From an uncultured virus (IMG/VR IMGVR_UViG_2718218029_000001) (Duplodnaviria > Heunggongvirae > Uroviricota > Caudoviricetes): a DNA stretch of 64,000 nt. Below, piece after piece: positions 11,258 through 21,431 of the stretch; position 1 is the first letter of the stretch; every line of letters starts with the position of its first letter. Both the position numbers and the translations under genes were made by a program. The notes under the pieces were generated by a model, which saw only the letters and a program-made list of their open reading frames with translations, did no database searches and was not told where the DNA came from. Location of the stretch: positions 1 through 64,000 of IMG/VR virus record IMGVR_UViG_2718218029_000001; one strand, written 5' to 3'.

Positions 11258-12609
11258 GAGAGCGTAAAATATCTTGTGTAAATGCATAAAAGATTTCTGA
11301 ATTGTATAGAAATAGGGAATGCCTTCCCTTATGATATTTAGTAACCACAGAAAACATCACAGGAGGCATTCCCCATGAATGAACTTACCACAGAAATTAT
11401 CGCTGCACTAGCCCAAAAGCAAGATTTGGACGAAGTTTTTCGTCACCACCTCGAAATTGCGATTAACCAGCTGCTTCAAACCGAATTGGCAGGGTTTTTG
11501 GGTTACGAACGCTACTCATACGCTGGAATTAACACTGGTAATAACCGCAACGGCAGTTATGAGCGCTCGTTTGATACGAAGTACGGCCAACTTAACTTAA
11601 CCATTCCTCGAGATCGCAATGGCCGGTTTGAAAATCATACCTTGCCAGCCTACGGTCGGCACAGTGATAATTTAGAAACAACGGTCATTCAATTGTATAC
11701 CAAGGGAATTACCACTGCTGAAATTGCCGAACTCATTGAGAAAATGTACGGTGCTCACTACTCCAAAGCCACGGTTTCCAACATGACTAAAGCCGTCAAT
11801 GAACAGGTTCAAGCTTTCCAGCAACGTCGACTGGCTTCACAATATGCGGCCATCTTCTTAGATGCCACTTACTTGCCGTTAAAGCGGGATACCGTTCAAA
11901 AAGAAGCCGTTCATATTGCGATTGGCATTCGTCCAGATGGTACGAAAGAAGTGCTGAACTACCAAGTGGCGCCAACGGAATCGACTGGAATCTGGACTGA
12001 ACTGCTGGGAACCTTGATCAAGCAGGGCGTTAAAGATGTGCTGTTGTTTGTGGCCGATGGGTTAGTTGGTTTGGATGAAGGCTTGAATCGGCATTTCCCC
12101 AAAGCCAAACGACAACGTTGCCTGGTTCATGTTGGGCGGAATCTGATGAACAAAGTTCGCGTAAAAGACCGCAAGGCCGTGATCAGTGACTTTAAACAAG
12201 TTCATCGGGCCGCCAACCGTGAAGCAGCCGAACTGAAACTGAATGAGTTCGCCAACAACTGGCATCAGACCTATCCCAAATTAATCAAAGATCTGCTTAA
12301 AATGCCGAATTTACTCACTTTCATGGACTTTCCACCAGCTATCCGGCAATCACTATACTCCACTAACCTGATTGAGAACTTTAATAAGCACCTCAAGCGC
12401 ACCACCCACCACAAAGAACAATTTCCAACGGAAGATTCACTGGATCGCTTTCTGGTTTCTCAGTTTAATGTTTATAACGAGAAGTCTCTGAGGCGGATCC
12501 ACCGAGGGTTCAAAGGACTCCAGGACACCTTGGAAGCATCATTTATTTAAGTTAGATACATATTATATGTACGAAGGCATTTCATTTACACAAGATTCTT
12601 GACGCTACC
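11258..12609 (+). mobile_element. IS256-family insertion sequence (transposase 11375-12550)
   Basis: RNGSYER..IPRDRNG, DGL, QRCLVH, STNLIE motifs; imperfect TIRs gagagcgtaaaatatcttgtgtaaatg / catttacacaagattcttgacgctacc; no flanking duplication. Confidence 0.93.
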
Positions 12610-12985
12610 AAAAATTTTGACCGATAGTAAATCAATGGTTAATCAGACTAGCAGCAATAAAAAAGGTAGGAAAGAATTATGCGCCATTCTTTCCTACCTT
12701 CTATTAGCTTTATACTGTTATGATAATGATTGCTGTCTACACAATTAAACCACTGTCATTCATAAGTATATTTCCACCTTATGTTGCTTAACCTATCCAT
12801 AATAGTTTATCGAAGAATTTCACTGCCAATCTAAACGTTGCTCTTGGGAGATCAAGAGAGCGTTACGAATCTAGTCTCAACGTTTCCTTTTTTAACAGTC
12901 CTAATGCACGTCTATAACTCCTAGTGTAGTGTAAAAGTGCGAATGACTATTAGGGTATACCCTAATGGCCTTTAAACATTTTTTA

Positions 12986-14092
12986 TTAAAAATTATTTTT
13001 TATATAACTAGCCACATTTTCTTTGTCTGGAAATAAAGTAGCCTGGTTTATTTCCAATGATTGATTTAATTCGTTTAAAATTTGTTGCTTTTTTTCACCA
13101 GGAATTACTAATCTAATTGGCTCATTGTGTCCATTGTACAGAGATACTTTGTTATCAATATCATCATGAATATTTTCCAAGCTACATGATGTACCATCAT
13201 AAGGTTCAAAAAGGAAAAAACCACTTTGAGCTCGTAAGCGTTCATTATTAATTGAAGGTTCGACGAAAAATGGGTGAAGTAAAGTTCTAAAGTTGATTAG
13301 ATCAGCAAAATAACCAGTATCTCTTTTAATATCATGATACAGGCATTGCATTTCATAAGACTGATTTATTTCTTTATAGAAATCATTTAGTGAGTCATAT
13401 ACTTTTTGGTTTTCCTCAGAAAGTTGTTCATAATAGCCCTCTGGGAACTGCTTGACCAGATCCATGTACCAACTTTGGTATAAATGATTTTCATCTTCTT
13501 TCAACAAATCATCAATATTTTTGTTGAAAGAAGATATTTTTCTATAAATACTTTTCTTTTTTTCTTCGTCCATCAATGCTAATGTTGATAAGACTTCCAC
13601 GGTGTCACTGCGACTACTATAGTATGTGAAATCATCAATATTTTGTGTCTTGTTAGAAAAAAACATGGTAACTATCCCGTCTGTTTCATGTCTTTCAGAA
13701 TCAAGATGAGATTGACAGGCAAAATAAAGAGCGACAAGAGCATTGGTCGTTACATCTAATAACCTAGTTGGCAAGCCAAAATGTTGCATATAAGACAGGC
13801 GAGAAAAATTGTTTTCTAAATTGTTAAAATCGTTTGCGTACCTACGCATGTACTCATTAGTAAATGAATATTCATGGGTATATCCGGAGAGCTCTTTTTG
13901 TCTAAAGATGCTAGCAACGTTATTACTACTTTTGAAGTCATTTGACTGTCCTCTATAGAAAAATCGTGGTAGCAAACCTCTTCCATCAACTGTTACATTA
14001 GCTTTTATAGACTTTAGGGATTCTGCTTTTTTGCTTAAAAAACTATTTACAGATTGAATATTCAAAATAGAACCTCCTATAGATATAAGCAA
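12986..14092 (-). CDS. FRG-domain protein
   Basis: FYRGQS, MQHFGLPTRLLDVT..ALYFAC, NERLRAQSGFF motifs; low GC. Confidence 0.85.
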   Translation of the reverse strand: MLISIGGSILNIQSVNSFLSKKAESLKSIKANVTVDGRGLLPRFFYRGQSNDFKSSNNVASIFRQKELSGYTHEYSFTNEYMRRYANDFNNLENNFSRLSYMQHFGLPTRLLDVTTNALVALYFACQSHLDSERHETDGIVTMFFSNKTQNIDDFTYYSSRSDTVEVLSTLALMDEEKKKSIYRKISSFNKNIDDLLKEDENHLYQSWYMDLVKQFPEGYYEQLSEENQKVYDSLNDFYKEINQSYEMQCLYHDIKRDTGYFADLINFRTLLHPFFVEPSINNERLRAQSGFFLFEPYDGTSCSLENIHDDIDNKVSLYNGHNEPIRLVIPGEKKQQILNELNQSLEINQATLFPDKENVASYIKNNF

Positions 14093-14343
14093 GCACTCTG
14101 ATAAAATGAATCAATTACCGTATTTTTATGCTCAATGTTCTTACTAAGATGACTTACGTTAATACACTAATCCAGGTTAGAATGAAGTACACTACTGATT
14201 TAAAAATATGTTTCTAAAAGAATTATATCTCTGTATAATGAATCAAGTAGAGAAGTTAAGGCGGTGGCTATTTCCGATCGGAGGCGGTGCTTATGGTGTT
14301 AAACCTTTAAAGCCCATAAATCCTAACGAAAGGAGTAGCCTAA

Positions 14344-14448
14344 GTGTCCGTTTCGGACGCTTTACAATTAATGCTAGCTTTCGGTACATTTATCGTGGCC
14401 TTGATTGCATTAATTGTTGAGCTGATCAAAAGTCAGCAAAAAAAATAA
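14344..14448 (+). CDS. Putative holin-like type I toxin, 34 aa (MSVSDALQLMLAFGTFIVALIALIVELIKSQQKK)
   Basis: GTG start after AAAGGAG; single TM helix with basic tail; convergent antisense promoter. Confidence 0.75.
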   Translation: MSVSDALQLMLAFGTFIVALIALIVELIKSQQKK

Positions 14449-14561
14449 TCCGTCTTAGCTTTTGGCAGGGCTAACGGATTATTTAATCTATTATTAAACT
14501 TTGCCACCGTCTTAAACGGCTCTACATGGGAAGCCCTGTTCTAGCGGGGCTTCCTTTTTCT
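14440..14561 (-). ncRNA. Putative type I antitoxin RNA (locus 2)
   Basis: Minus-strand TGcTATAAT (-10 at 14568-14573); bidirectional terminator at ~14445-14485; homologous to the other two loci. Confidence 0.6.
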
Positions 14562-14672
14562 GTTTACATTATAGCATGGCTATAACGGACTTGCGACTAT
14601 TTTAAGTGTAGTTTCTCAAAGGCTAGAGAAACTATTGTTCGTTCTTGAAAATATGTAGGAGCAACGGCCTAA

Positions 14673-14719
14673 GAACCATATATAGTGGTATAATATGTAA
14701 TAAAAACTATATGTAGTGT
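14673..14719 (+). promoter_or_regulatory. Extended -10 promoter flanked by tandem NrdR-like boxes
   Basis: gaaccatatatagtgg (14673-14688), TGgTATAAT (14686-14694), aaactatatgtagtgt (14704-14719); boxes 31 bp apart. Confidence 0.7.
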
Positions 14720-14726
14720 TTGGAAG

Positions 14727-16127
14727 GTGCAATTCTTGGTTCAAGAGAAACACAACAAACTATTGAGCGCAATAATTTCGATTGGTCTTTTAAGCTTTTT
14801 AGGAATAGTGGTTGAAACAGCGTTAAACATAACCTTCCCACAATTAACAACGTATTTTTCTATACCTATCAGTCAAGTTCAATGGTTGACTACTGGATAT
14901 ATGCTAGTCTCAACTAGTTTGATTCCATTGGGTTCATTCTTTTTAAGACGGTTTCGTGTGGTAACTTTATTTAGAGTTTCGTGCTTAAGCTTTTTAGTCG
15001 GTACGTTGGTTGCAAGCTTTTCCAACAGCTTTAATTTAGTTTTGCTAGGCCGCTTATGTCAAGGCATTGCTGATGGAATCGCGTTACCGTTGATGTTTGC
15101 TGTCATACTAGATCAAGTGCCAAAGAAAAAAGTTGGCACTTTTATGGGGCTAGGTAGCTTAGTTATTGCCTTTGCACCAGCAGTGGGTCCCATATATGGT
15201 GGCATAATTCAGGACACATTCAATTGGCATTTTCTATTTATAATTTTAATACCAATTATTATGGTTACCTGGCTGCTTGGTGAGCTTAGCATTGAACAAA
15301 GTTCACCGGTTCATTACGTTCCCTTTGATGTCCGTGGGGGCATTTTCTTGGCCATTTTTTTGACAACGACGTTGATGTTTATTGTTAACTTGACTGCTAA
15401 CAGTAGCTCTTTTAAATTGTATTTATTTTTACTAGGAACAGCTTTTTTTAGTGGCTTACTTTTCCTTCTTAATGAGAAGCATAAGAGCCATAAATTGTTG
15501 GAATTAAGTCTCTTTAAAAACAAACGCTTTTTGCAGTTGTTAAGTGCTTTTTTTCTATTGCAATTCAGTTCTTTGAGTATGTCATACTTAATCCCTAATG
15601 TGCTACAAATACTTTTTGCCCAGTCACCTGGTTTGGTAGGTTTTCTAATTGCTCCTGCCGCTGTGATTGATGCAGTGCTATCGGTGGTTGCTGGTATTAT
15701 TTACGATAAAACTGCACCCCGCTTACCCATTATAAGTGGCTGTATAATCATTGGACTGACCTTTTTGGGCGCCAACCTATTTACACCAAGTATTGGCGGG
15801 CTGGTTTTAATATATATGCTTTTTATGGTGGGATTGAGCTTTAGCTACAGTAACATCATGACCTATAGTTTGTCTCAATTACCTGCTGGGTTAGTAAATG
15901 ATGGTAATTCGATTTATATGACGGTTCAAGCTTATTCAGGAGCAGTTGGAATTGCAATATCGTCCTCTATTGTTTCTTTATTGCAGAAACAACAAGGGAG
16001 TGTAATTTCAGGGACAAAATGGGGGTTAGCAATCAATTTCTTGATTTTGTTTTTTGTTGCCGTATTCACAATTTCTCTATGCTTGATAGCTTTACGAAAT
16101 AAAGTAATTAAAGGAGATAAAGAGTAA
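14727..16127 (+). CDS. MFS transporter, DHA2/LmrB-like
   Basis: ~14 TM; QWLTTGYML, GRLCQG, APAVGP motifs. Confidence 0.9.
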   Translation: MQFLVQEKHNKLLSAIISIGLLSFLGIVVETALNITFPQLTTYFSIPISQVQWLTTGYMLVSTSLIPLGSFFLRRFRVVTLFRVSCLSFLVGTLVASFSNSFNLVLLGRLCQGIADGIALPLMFAVILDQVPKKKVGTFMGLGSLVIAFAPAVGPIYGGIIQDTFNWHFLFIILIPIIMVTWLLGELSIEQSSPVHYVPFDVRGGIFLAIFLTTTLMFIVNLTANSSSFKLYLFLLGTAFFSGLLFLLNEKHKSHKLLELSLFKNKRFLQLLSAFFLLQFSSLSMSYLIPNVLQILFAQSPGLVGFLIAPAAVIDAVLSVVAGIIYDKTAPRLPIISGCIIIGLTFLGANLFTPSIGGLVLIYMLFMVGLSFSYSNIMTYSLSQLPAGLVNDGNSIYMTVQAYSGAVGIAISSSIVSLLQKQQGSVISGTKWGLAINFLILFFVAVFTISLCLIALRNKVIKGDKE

Positions 16128-16789
16128 TGAGTTTAGATGATATAAAATCATTTTCTAAAGAAAATATGGCCTTTGATCCAACTGGGCATGATTTTCTTCA
16201 TGCCCAAAGAGTGGCTAAGTTAGCTCAAAAAATATATACAGAAGATTTTAAAAAAGATGAAACTGATATTGGTCTGTATGTTGTGAAAGCAGCTAGCTAT
16301 TTGCATGACACCATAGACGAAAAAGTCACTGCAGATAAAAAGAATAGACTGAGAGAAGTACGAATTATACTTAGCCATGAGAATATTGCAACTCCGGCTA
16401 GAGAAGACATTTTAGATATTATCCAACATATGTCATATTCTGACAACATTGAACACCATTACCAGCTTTCTAACGAAGGTAAATGTGTTCAGGACGCTGA
16501 TAGACTTGATGCACTAGGTGCAATCGGCATAGCACGTGCATTTGCTTACGGCGGGCACGCTGGACAGGAAATATACGATCCCAAAATATCAGTGAAGGAA
16601 ATCAAAACACACGATGATTATCGCCATCACAAAAGTACAACCATCAATCACTTTTATGAAAAGCTACTGAAATTAGCAAGTTCAATGAATACCAGAACGG
16701 GAAAGCAAGAAGCCAGTCGTCGAACAAAGTATATGCGTGATTTCTTATCTGAATTCCAAATGGAAACAGGTGTAAAAGATGAGACATAA
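16127..16789 (+). CDS. HD-domain phosphohydrolase
   Basis: GHDFLH...LHD...QDADRLDALGAIGIARAF...NHFYEKLLKL; translationally coupled to neighbours. Confidence 0.92.
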   Translation: MSLDDIKSFSKENMAFDPTGHDFLHAQRVAKLAQKIYTEDFKKDETDIGLYVVKAASYLHDTIDEKVTADKKNRLREVRIILSHENIATPAREDILDIIQHMSYSDNIEHHYQLSNEGKCVQDADRLDALGAIGIARAFAYGGHAGQEIYDPKISVKEIKTHDDYRHHKSTTINHFYEKLLKLASSMNTRTGKQEASRRTKYMRDFLSEFQMETGVKDET

Positions 16790-17933
16790 TGAGTATCTAT
16801 TAGATAAATCGTATTTCGAAAAAGTCGCTGCGCTTTTTAATAAAGGGCAGTCTGATCCCCAAAAAATCCTTGTCGTAGAGCACGCCGTGATTAACAGTTT
16901 GGATTTTATAGACTATTTATGTGAACACTACGAAGTGTACTTTATACCCAAGCCCAAAAGTATTGATCGTAAAGTCCTTAAACATTTATCAAAGACTTGT
17001 ACAATATTAGATGTTTCTAGGAAAGAATTAGCAGGCGTTGATACACCTAACTTGATAAAGGAAATTGTCGGACAGGACACGTTTGCAATTATTGATATTG
17101 GTGGGTATTTTGTACCAAGATTAAGTGACATTCAGAAACAGTTTAAAGGTCAATTGGTTAAAATAATCGAGGATACGGAAAATGGCTACCAAAAGTATGA
17201 AGATAAGCTGTCCAATAATTCAATATCAGTCCCAATACTATCAGTGGCAAGAAGTTCTTTAAAAATTGAGGAAGATTTTTTGGTTGGACATGAGATTGTA
17301 GTCAAATCCGAAATCTTTTTAGCAGATTATGGAACGACGCTTTTAGGCAAGAAAGTACTAGTTATTGGCTATGGTAAAGTTGGCTCCAGTATAGCGGGTA
17401 ATTTAAGAAAACGTGGTGCAATAGTCATAGTTGCTGATAAAAGGGCAATACGATTAGCTAACGCATTAGCCCATGGGTACCAAATAACTAATGATATATA
17501 TACTGAGCTAATTGACGTTGATATTGTGTATATAGCTAATGGAGAGAAGTCTATTGATACTCTTCAACTAAAAAAATTGGATTTGAAACATACTTTATAT
17601 AGCTTTTCTGTAACTTCAGCGGACGATACTTTTAAAAATAGTCAAATGATCAACAAATTACCCCACTATGGACACAATGGTGGGTATAAAATTTTAAAAA
17701 CTAAAAGCAATAGGACTGTTATTCTAGCAAATTCAGGAAACGCAATTAATTTCACATACTCTATATCAACATTAGCTTCCTACGTCCAATTAACACAGGC
17801 TGAAATGGCAGTTATACTACAAAAAGACATTTCAGGTGAAGAAAATCAGGGAATTGTTGAATTAAATGAAAACGACAGAGAAAAAATTGCTAAAGAATGG
17901 TTGGCAGAGATATTTGAAGTTGTTAAAAGTTGA
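16779..17933 (+). CDS. Divergent S-adenosylhomocysteine hydrolase-like NAD-binding protein
   Basis: EH, IDIGG, EDTENG (cf. EETTTG), SSLK, GKKVLVIGYGKVG Rossmann motif and GNAINF (cf. GRLVNL), in SAHH order. Confidence 0.7.
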   Translation: MRHNEYLLDKSYFEKVAALFNKGQSDPQKILVVEHAVINSLDFIDYLCEHYEVYFIPKPKSIDRKVLKHLSKTCTILDVSRKELAGVDTPNLIKEIVGQDTFAIIDIGGYFVPRLSDIQKQFKGQLVKIIEDTENGYQKYEDKLSNNSISVPILSVARSSLKIEEDFLVGHEIVVKSEIFLADYGTTLLGKKVLVIGYGKVGSSIAGNLRKRGAIVIVADKRAIRLANALAHGYQITNDIYTELIDVDIVYIANGEKSIDTLQLKKLDLKHTLYSFSVTSADDTFKNSQMINKLPHYGHNGGYKILKTKSNRTVILANSGNAINFTYSISTLASYVQLTQAEMAVILQKDISGEENQGIVELNENDREKIAKEWLAEIFEVVKS

Positions 17934-18302
17934 ATTAAATAAAAAAGCTTAAAGAATTATACAAATAAGCTCTGGTTGCTACCGACAAAGAGATTTTAAG
18001 CTGTTTTTAGTTGCTGCTAAACTTTGATCGTAGTATTAAACAAAAATACCTTATTAAGCGCAACTTTCACTGAAACAGTTGATAACAATATTAAGATGAA
18101 ATTTGGTTTCCTCGTCAAAGTTTCTGTATAATAGATTAAGCAGGAAGTTTTCTACGTAAAGTCAAGTATATTAGGACTCTAAAGTTTTAATTTATGACAT
18201 ATTTGGCATTATTGCTTTAATTGAGGCGTTTTTTTCTAAATTAGGAGCATCACAAAGGGCTTCAAAGAAATTACTTCTTTGAAGTTAACTTAGGCTATAA
18301 TG

Positions 18303-19804
18303 AACCTGATCAATTAATTACGACAAAAGTCTTTTTGATTATTGTTGGCTACGTTGTAATCATACATTTGATCAGTGATAATCAAAATATATATCGTTCT
18401 AAGCAGTTTATGGATTGAAGCAATGGCAATTTTCTTGAACCCCTTCGTTTGAGAAAATTGCTTTTTTCGTTCATAGTAATCTGCTATATGACATGGACTA
18501 GTCTTAGCCGCTAGATCGATTTGTCCAATTGCACGATAAAGAATCTTCCGCGCAACGGCATTGCCGTGCTTAGAAATCCTTAAACTAGAATCTTTTTCCC
18601 CTGATTGATATCTACCTGGATCAATACCAACAAAAGCATTTATCTTGTTTGGATTACTGAATCTTCTAATGTCGCCTAATTCGGCTAGAATTCGGACATC
18701 AGTTATTTCAGCGATACCAGGAATGCTCATTAAGATTTCTAGATCGCGATTAGGCAAAGTCTTAGCTAATTTAATCATTTCCTCTGATCTCCGCTCGCGA
18801 TCAGCTGTAAGCCGTAATAATCTATTGGCGTAATAAACCACTTCATCACGCTCCGGGTCGTCTTGATCAACTGCTGGATAAGCTAAATCCGCGAGATGCT
18901 TAAGTTTAATAGCTAGTTTTTGAGCACGGTTAATACCATAACCTTTAAAATCTTTAATTTGCTTAGCGATGGTTGATACTTCAAGATTTCTAACATCTTG
19001 GCAGTGCGGAAAGAGCTCAACTAAATACCAGTAATTAACACCTCTAGAGTTATTGAAAATGGTTTCTAATTCTGGAAAAGTTAACTGTAAATATTTATGA
19101 AGTCGATTCTTGGAAGAAATAATATCGTGAGTTAATTCCTCATAAGCCCGACTTAAAGACTGCAATTGATGATAAACATCAGGCTCTTTTCGATTAGGTT
19201 GATGCTGATTTTGATCTTGAGCTAGTGCCAAATGGTAAGCATCATTACGATCGGTTTTATTGCGACGTAAGCCCTGATTAATTTCTTTCTTAGCCTTTAA
19301 AGGATTAAGAAGAACATAATCATAATCGTATTCATCTAAAAATCTAGTAATTCTGCGTGAATAAACTCCAGTTGCTTCTAAGATGATTTGTGGATGTTCG
19401 GCGTATTCTTTTAGATCTATCAACAGAGTTTTAAAGCCGATAGTATCGTTAGTGATCTTATATTCTCGTGTGGCGCCACTCTGAAGTACACAAACACTGG
19501 AATCACGACTACTTACATCTATGCCAAAGACAATGCTCATTTTTAAACCCTCCTAAATAGCTGTTAGTGGTTGGAACGTATTTACTAAGGTAATTATTTC
19601 TAATTTTCTAAACTGGACATCAAGTGTCGACATTCTTCGAAGAGAATACTAATTACTAAGTAAAACTGCCTGTTTTAAGGACGACGTCAAGCGTCTAAAC
19701 TTCTTACGGCATATAGTTTCACCACTATTTAAAGTTTAGAACAAAACTAAAATAGTGAATCAACTATCCCGTCGGATAATCGATTCACTATAAAGCTTAG
19801 AATG
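18303..19804 (-). mobile_element. IS110-family element (recombinase 18314-19540) with a ~260 bp non-coding upstream end
   Basis: DEDD motif (GIDVS, LEATG, KTDRND) and YQSG Ser; flanked by AATG at 18299-18302 and 19801-19804; no TIRs. Confidence 0.9.
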
Positions 19805-19887
19805 TTTTAAGGGCGGTGGCTGTCTTTTCCCTTGCGAGGTGAGGCCCATGGGAACATGGAATAATCTTCAGGAAGGTTTCACAGTCA

Positions 19888-19977
19888 ATGAGCGTCTTCC
19901 AGACACTCTCGTTGATGTTGCTGTTTGGCACGTTTTTAATCGCGCTCCTCAGCTATATCGACAAGCACCACAAATAA
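19888..19977 (+). CDS. Putative holin-like type I toxin, 29 aa (MSVFQTLSLMLLFGTFLIALLSYIDKHHK)
   Basis: Hand-translated; GGAAGG SD; TM helix with basic tail; convergent antisense unit. Confidence 0.78.
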   Translation: MSVFQTLSLMLLFGTFLIALLSYIDKHHK

Positions 19978-20100
19978 AAAAGCCGCCCTGCGTAACTTTG
20001 GCCAGTTACAGGGTAGCTTAATGCTGTCTTATTAACTTCGCCACCGCCTTTGAAGCGGCTTGCGTGGGAAGTCCTGTTTTCGGCGGGGCTTCCTTTTTCT
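19972..20100 (-). ncRNA. Putative type I antitoxin RNA (locus 3)
   Basis: Minus-strand TGcTATAAT (-10 at 20107-20112); overlaps the 3' end of the toxin transcript. Confidence 0.6.
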
Positions 20101-20132
20101 GTCTCCATTATAGCATGTCCCTTAAAAACTGG

Positions 20133-20730
20133 CTAACGTTTTAGGCTTTGATCAGGTTCAGAATCTGGTTGTTTAATTTCTGGATTCTGTTTAGCAAATG
20201 CTTTCAGTTGTTTTTGAGTTCGATCACTAATTTCTTGGTGCACATCGTTTAACTGATTTTTTAATTGCGCTTTTTGTTGTGGACTAGTTGTTTGTTGAAT
20301 TTGTTGTTGCAAGCCTTGATAGGACTTATTCAGTGACTGGGCTGCTAGCTTTTTTAAATCGTGCTCAGGTCCTTCTTGTGCTTCTTGCAAGCCTAATTAT
20401 TTGGTTAAGCCATCGCTAAGCTCAATCACTTTGTTGCTAACTTGCTGGATTTCACTTAAAGCACTATGGATCACAGCTGTATCTTTAGCCCAGGTAGCCA
20501 CATAACCGAGTGAATAGTTACTGGTATCAACGCCAATATTTTGCATGGCAACATATGCGACCGCTTCGGCCTGGGTTTCCTGATAGGCTCGTGGCCGATC
20601 TTTAAAGGCTGATTTTAAGCCGTGTAGCTGGCTATGCGCATATTCATGATATAACGTCTTCAATTTTAAAGCATTATCGGATTCATCACCACCAATAACA
20701 ATTTCATTAGTGCTGGGTTGAAAATACCCT
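20133..20730 (-). pseudogene. C-terminal remnant of an LtrC/ArdC-like metallopeptidase-domain protein
   Basis: LYHEYAH..ETQAEAVAY..YSLGYV; in-frame stop at 20397-20399; 5' part deleted. Confidence 0.7.
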
Positions 20731-21430
20731 TAAAACCAGGTCATAGACTTGTTGCTGTAATTTAGGCAAGCTGGCTAGTTTCTCTTTCGTCGGCACGACT
20801 TTAGTCATAATAATGGCGTAGTGTTCTTCAACCTTCTTTCCATTAACATAGCGCTTATTCGGGGCGATATTGGTTAAAGCGACTGGCTTAGAGACTAACC
20901 CCAGATACTTAGGCAGATTAGCCCCTAAATAATCAAATTCTTCATCAGTGATATAAGCACAATCGGTGCGGGGATAACTGAGCAGTTTGTCTTCGTATAA
21001 ACTCTGAATGGCCGCCAAAGTCTGGCTGGCACTGGCATGATAACGTTTATTCATGGCACTCTGGAGACTGGATAGTGAGAATAGTTGGGGACTAGCACGC
21101 TTTTTAGCCTGGTTTTGAATGCCCTTGATTAAACCAGCCTGTGAGCCTTTCTGAACGTGTTTAGCTTGCATGAATGCCATTAGCCCTGTTTCGTCTTTAA
21201 ATCGCTGATAGGGGCCTAATTTTGCGACGAATTCTTGCTAATTAGCAAGAATTTCAGCATTTAGTTCAAAATAGGGTTTCGGATTAAAGGTTTTGTTTAC
21301 CTGGTCTCTTTGATAGACCATACACAAGGCTGGCAGCTATACGTAACTAATCGAGCATACCAAATTTTTCTCAATATAAAATACATTATGGGCTACCATT
21401 CATACCAATTAACCAGTCGCTAATTTTGTG
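20707..21430 (-). pseudogene. Internal fragment of a conjugative type IA topoisomerase (TopB-like)
   Basis: PQLFSLSSLQ, LYE.KLLSYPRTD, EHYAII motifs; truncated at both ends. Confidence 0.8.
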
Positions 21431-21431
21431 A

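Noticed and set aside
11252..11287. N-terminal extension of the response regulator ORF
   Set aside because: Derived from the IS256 end; the real start is MKNRIL at 11251
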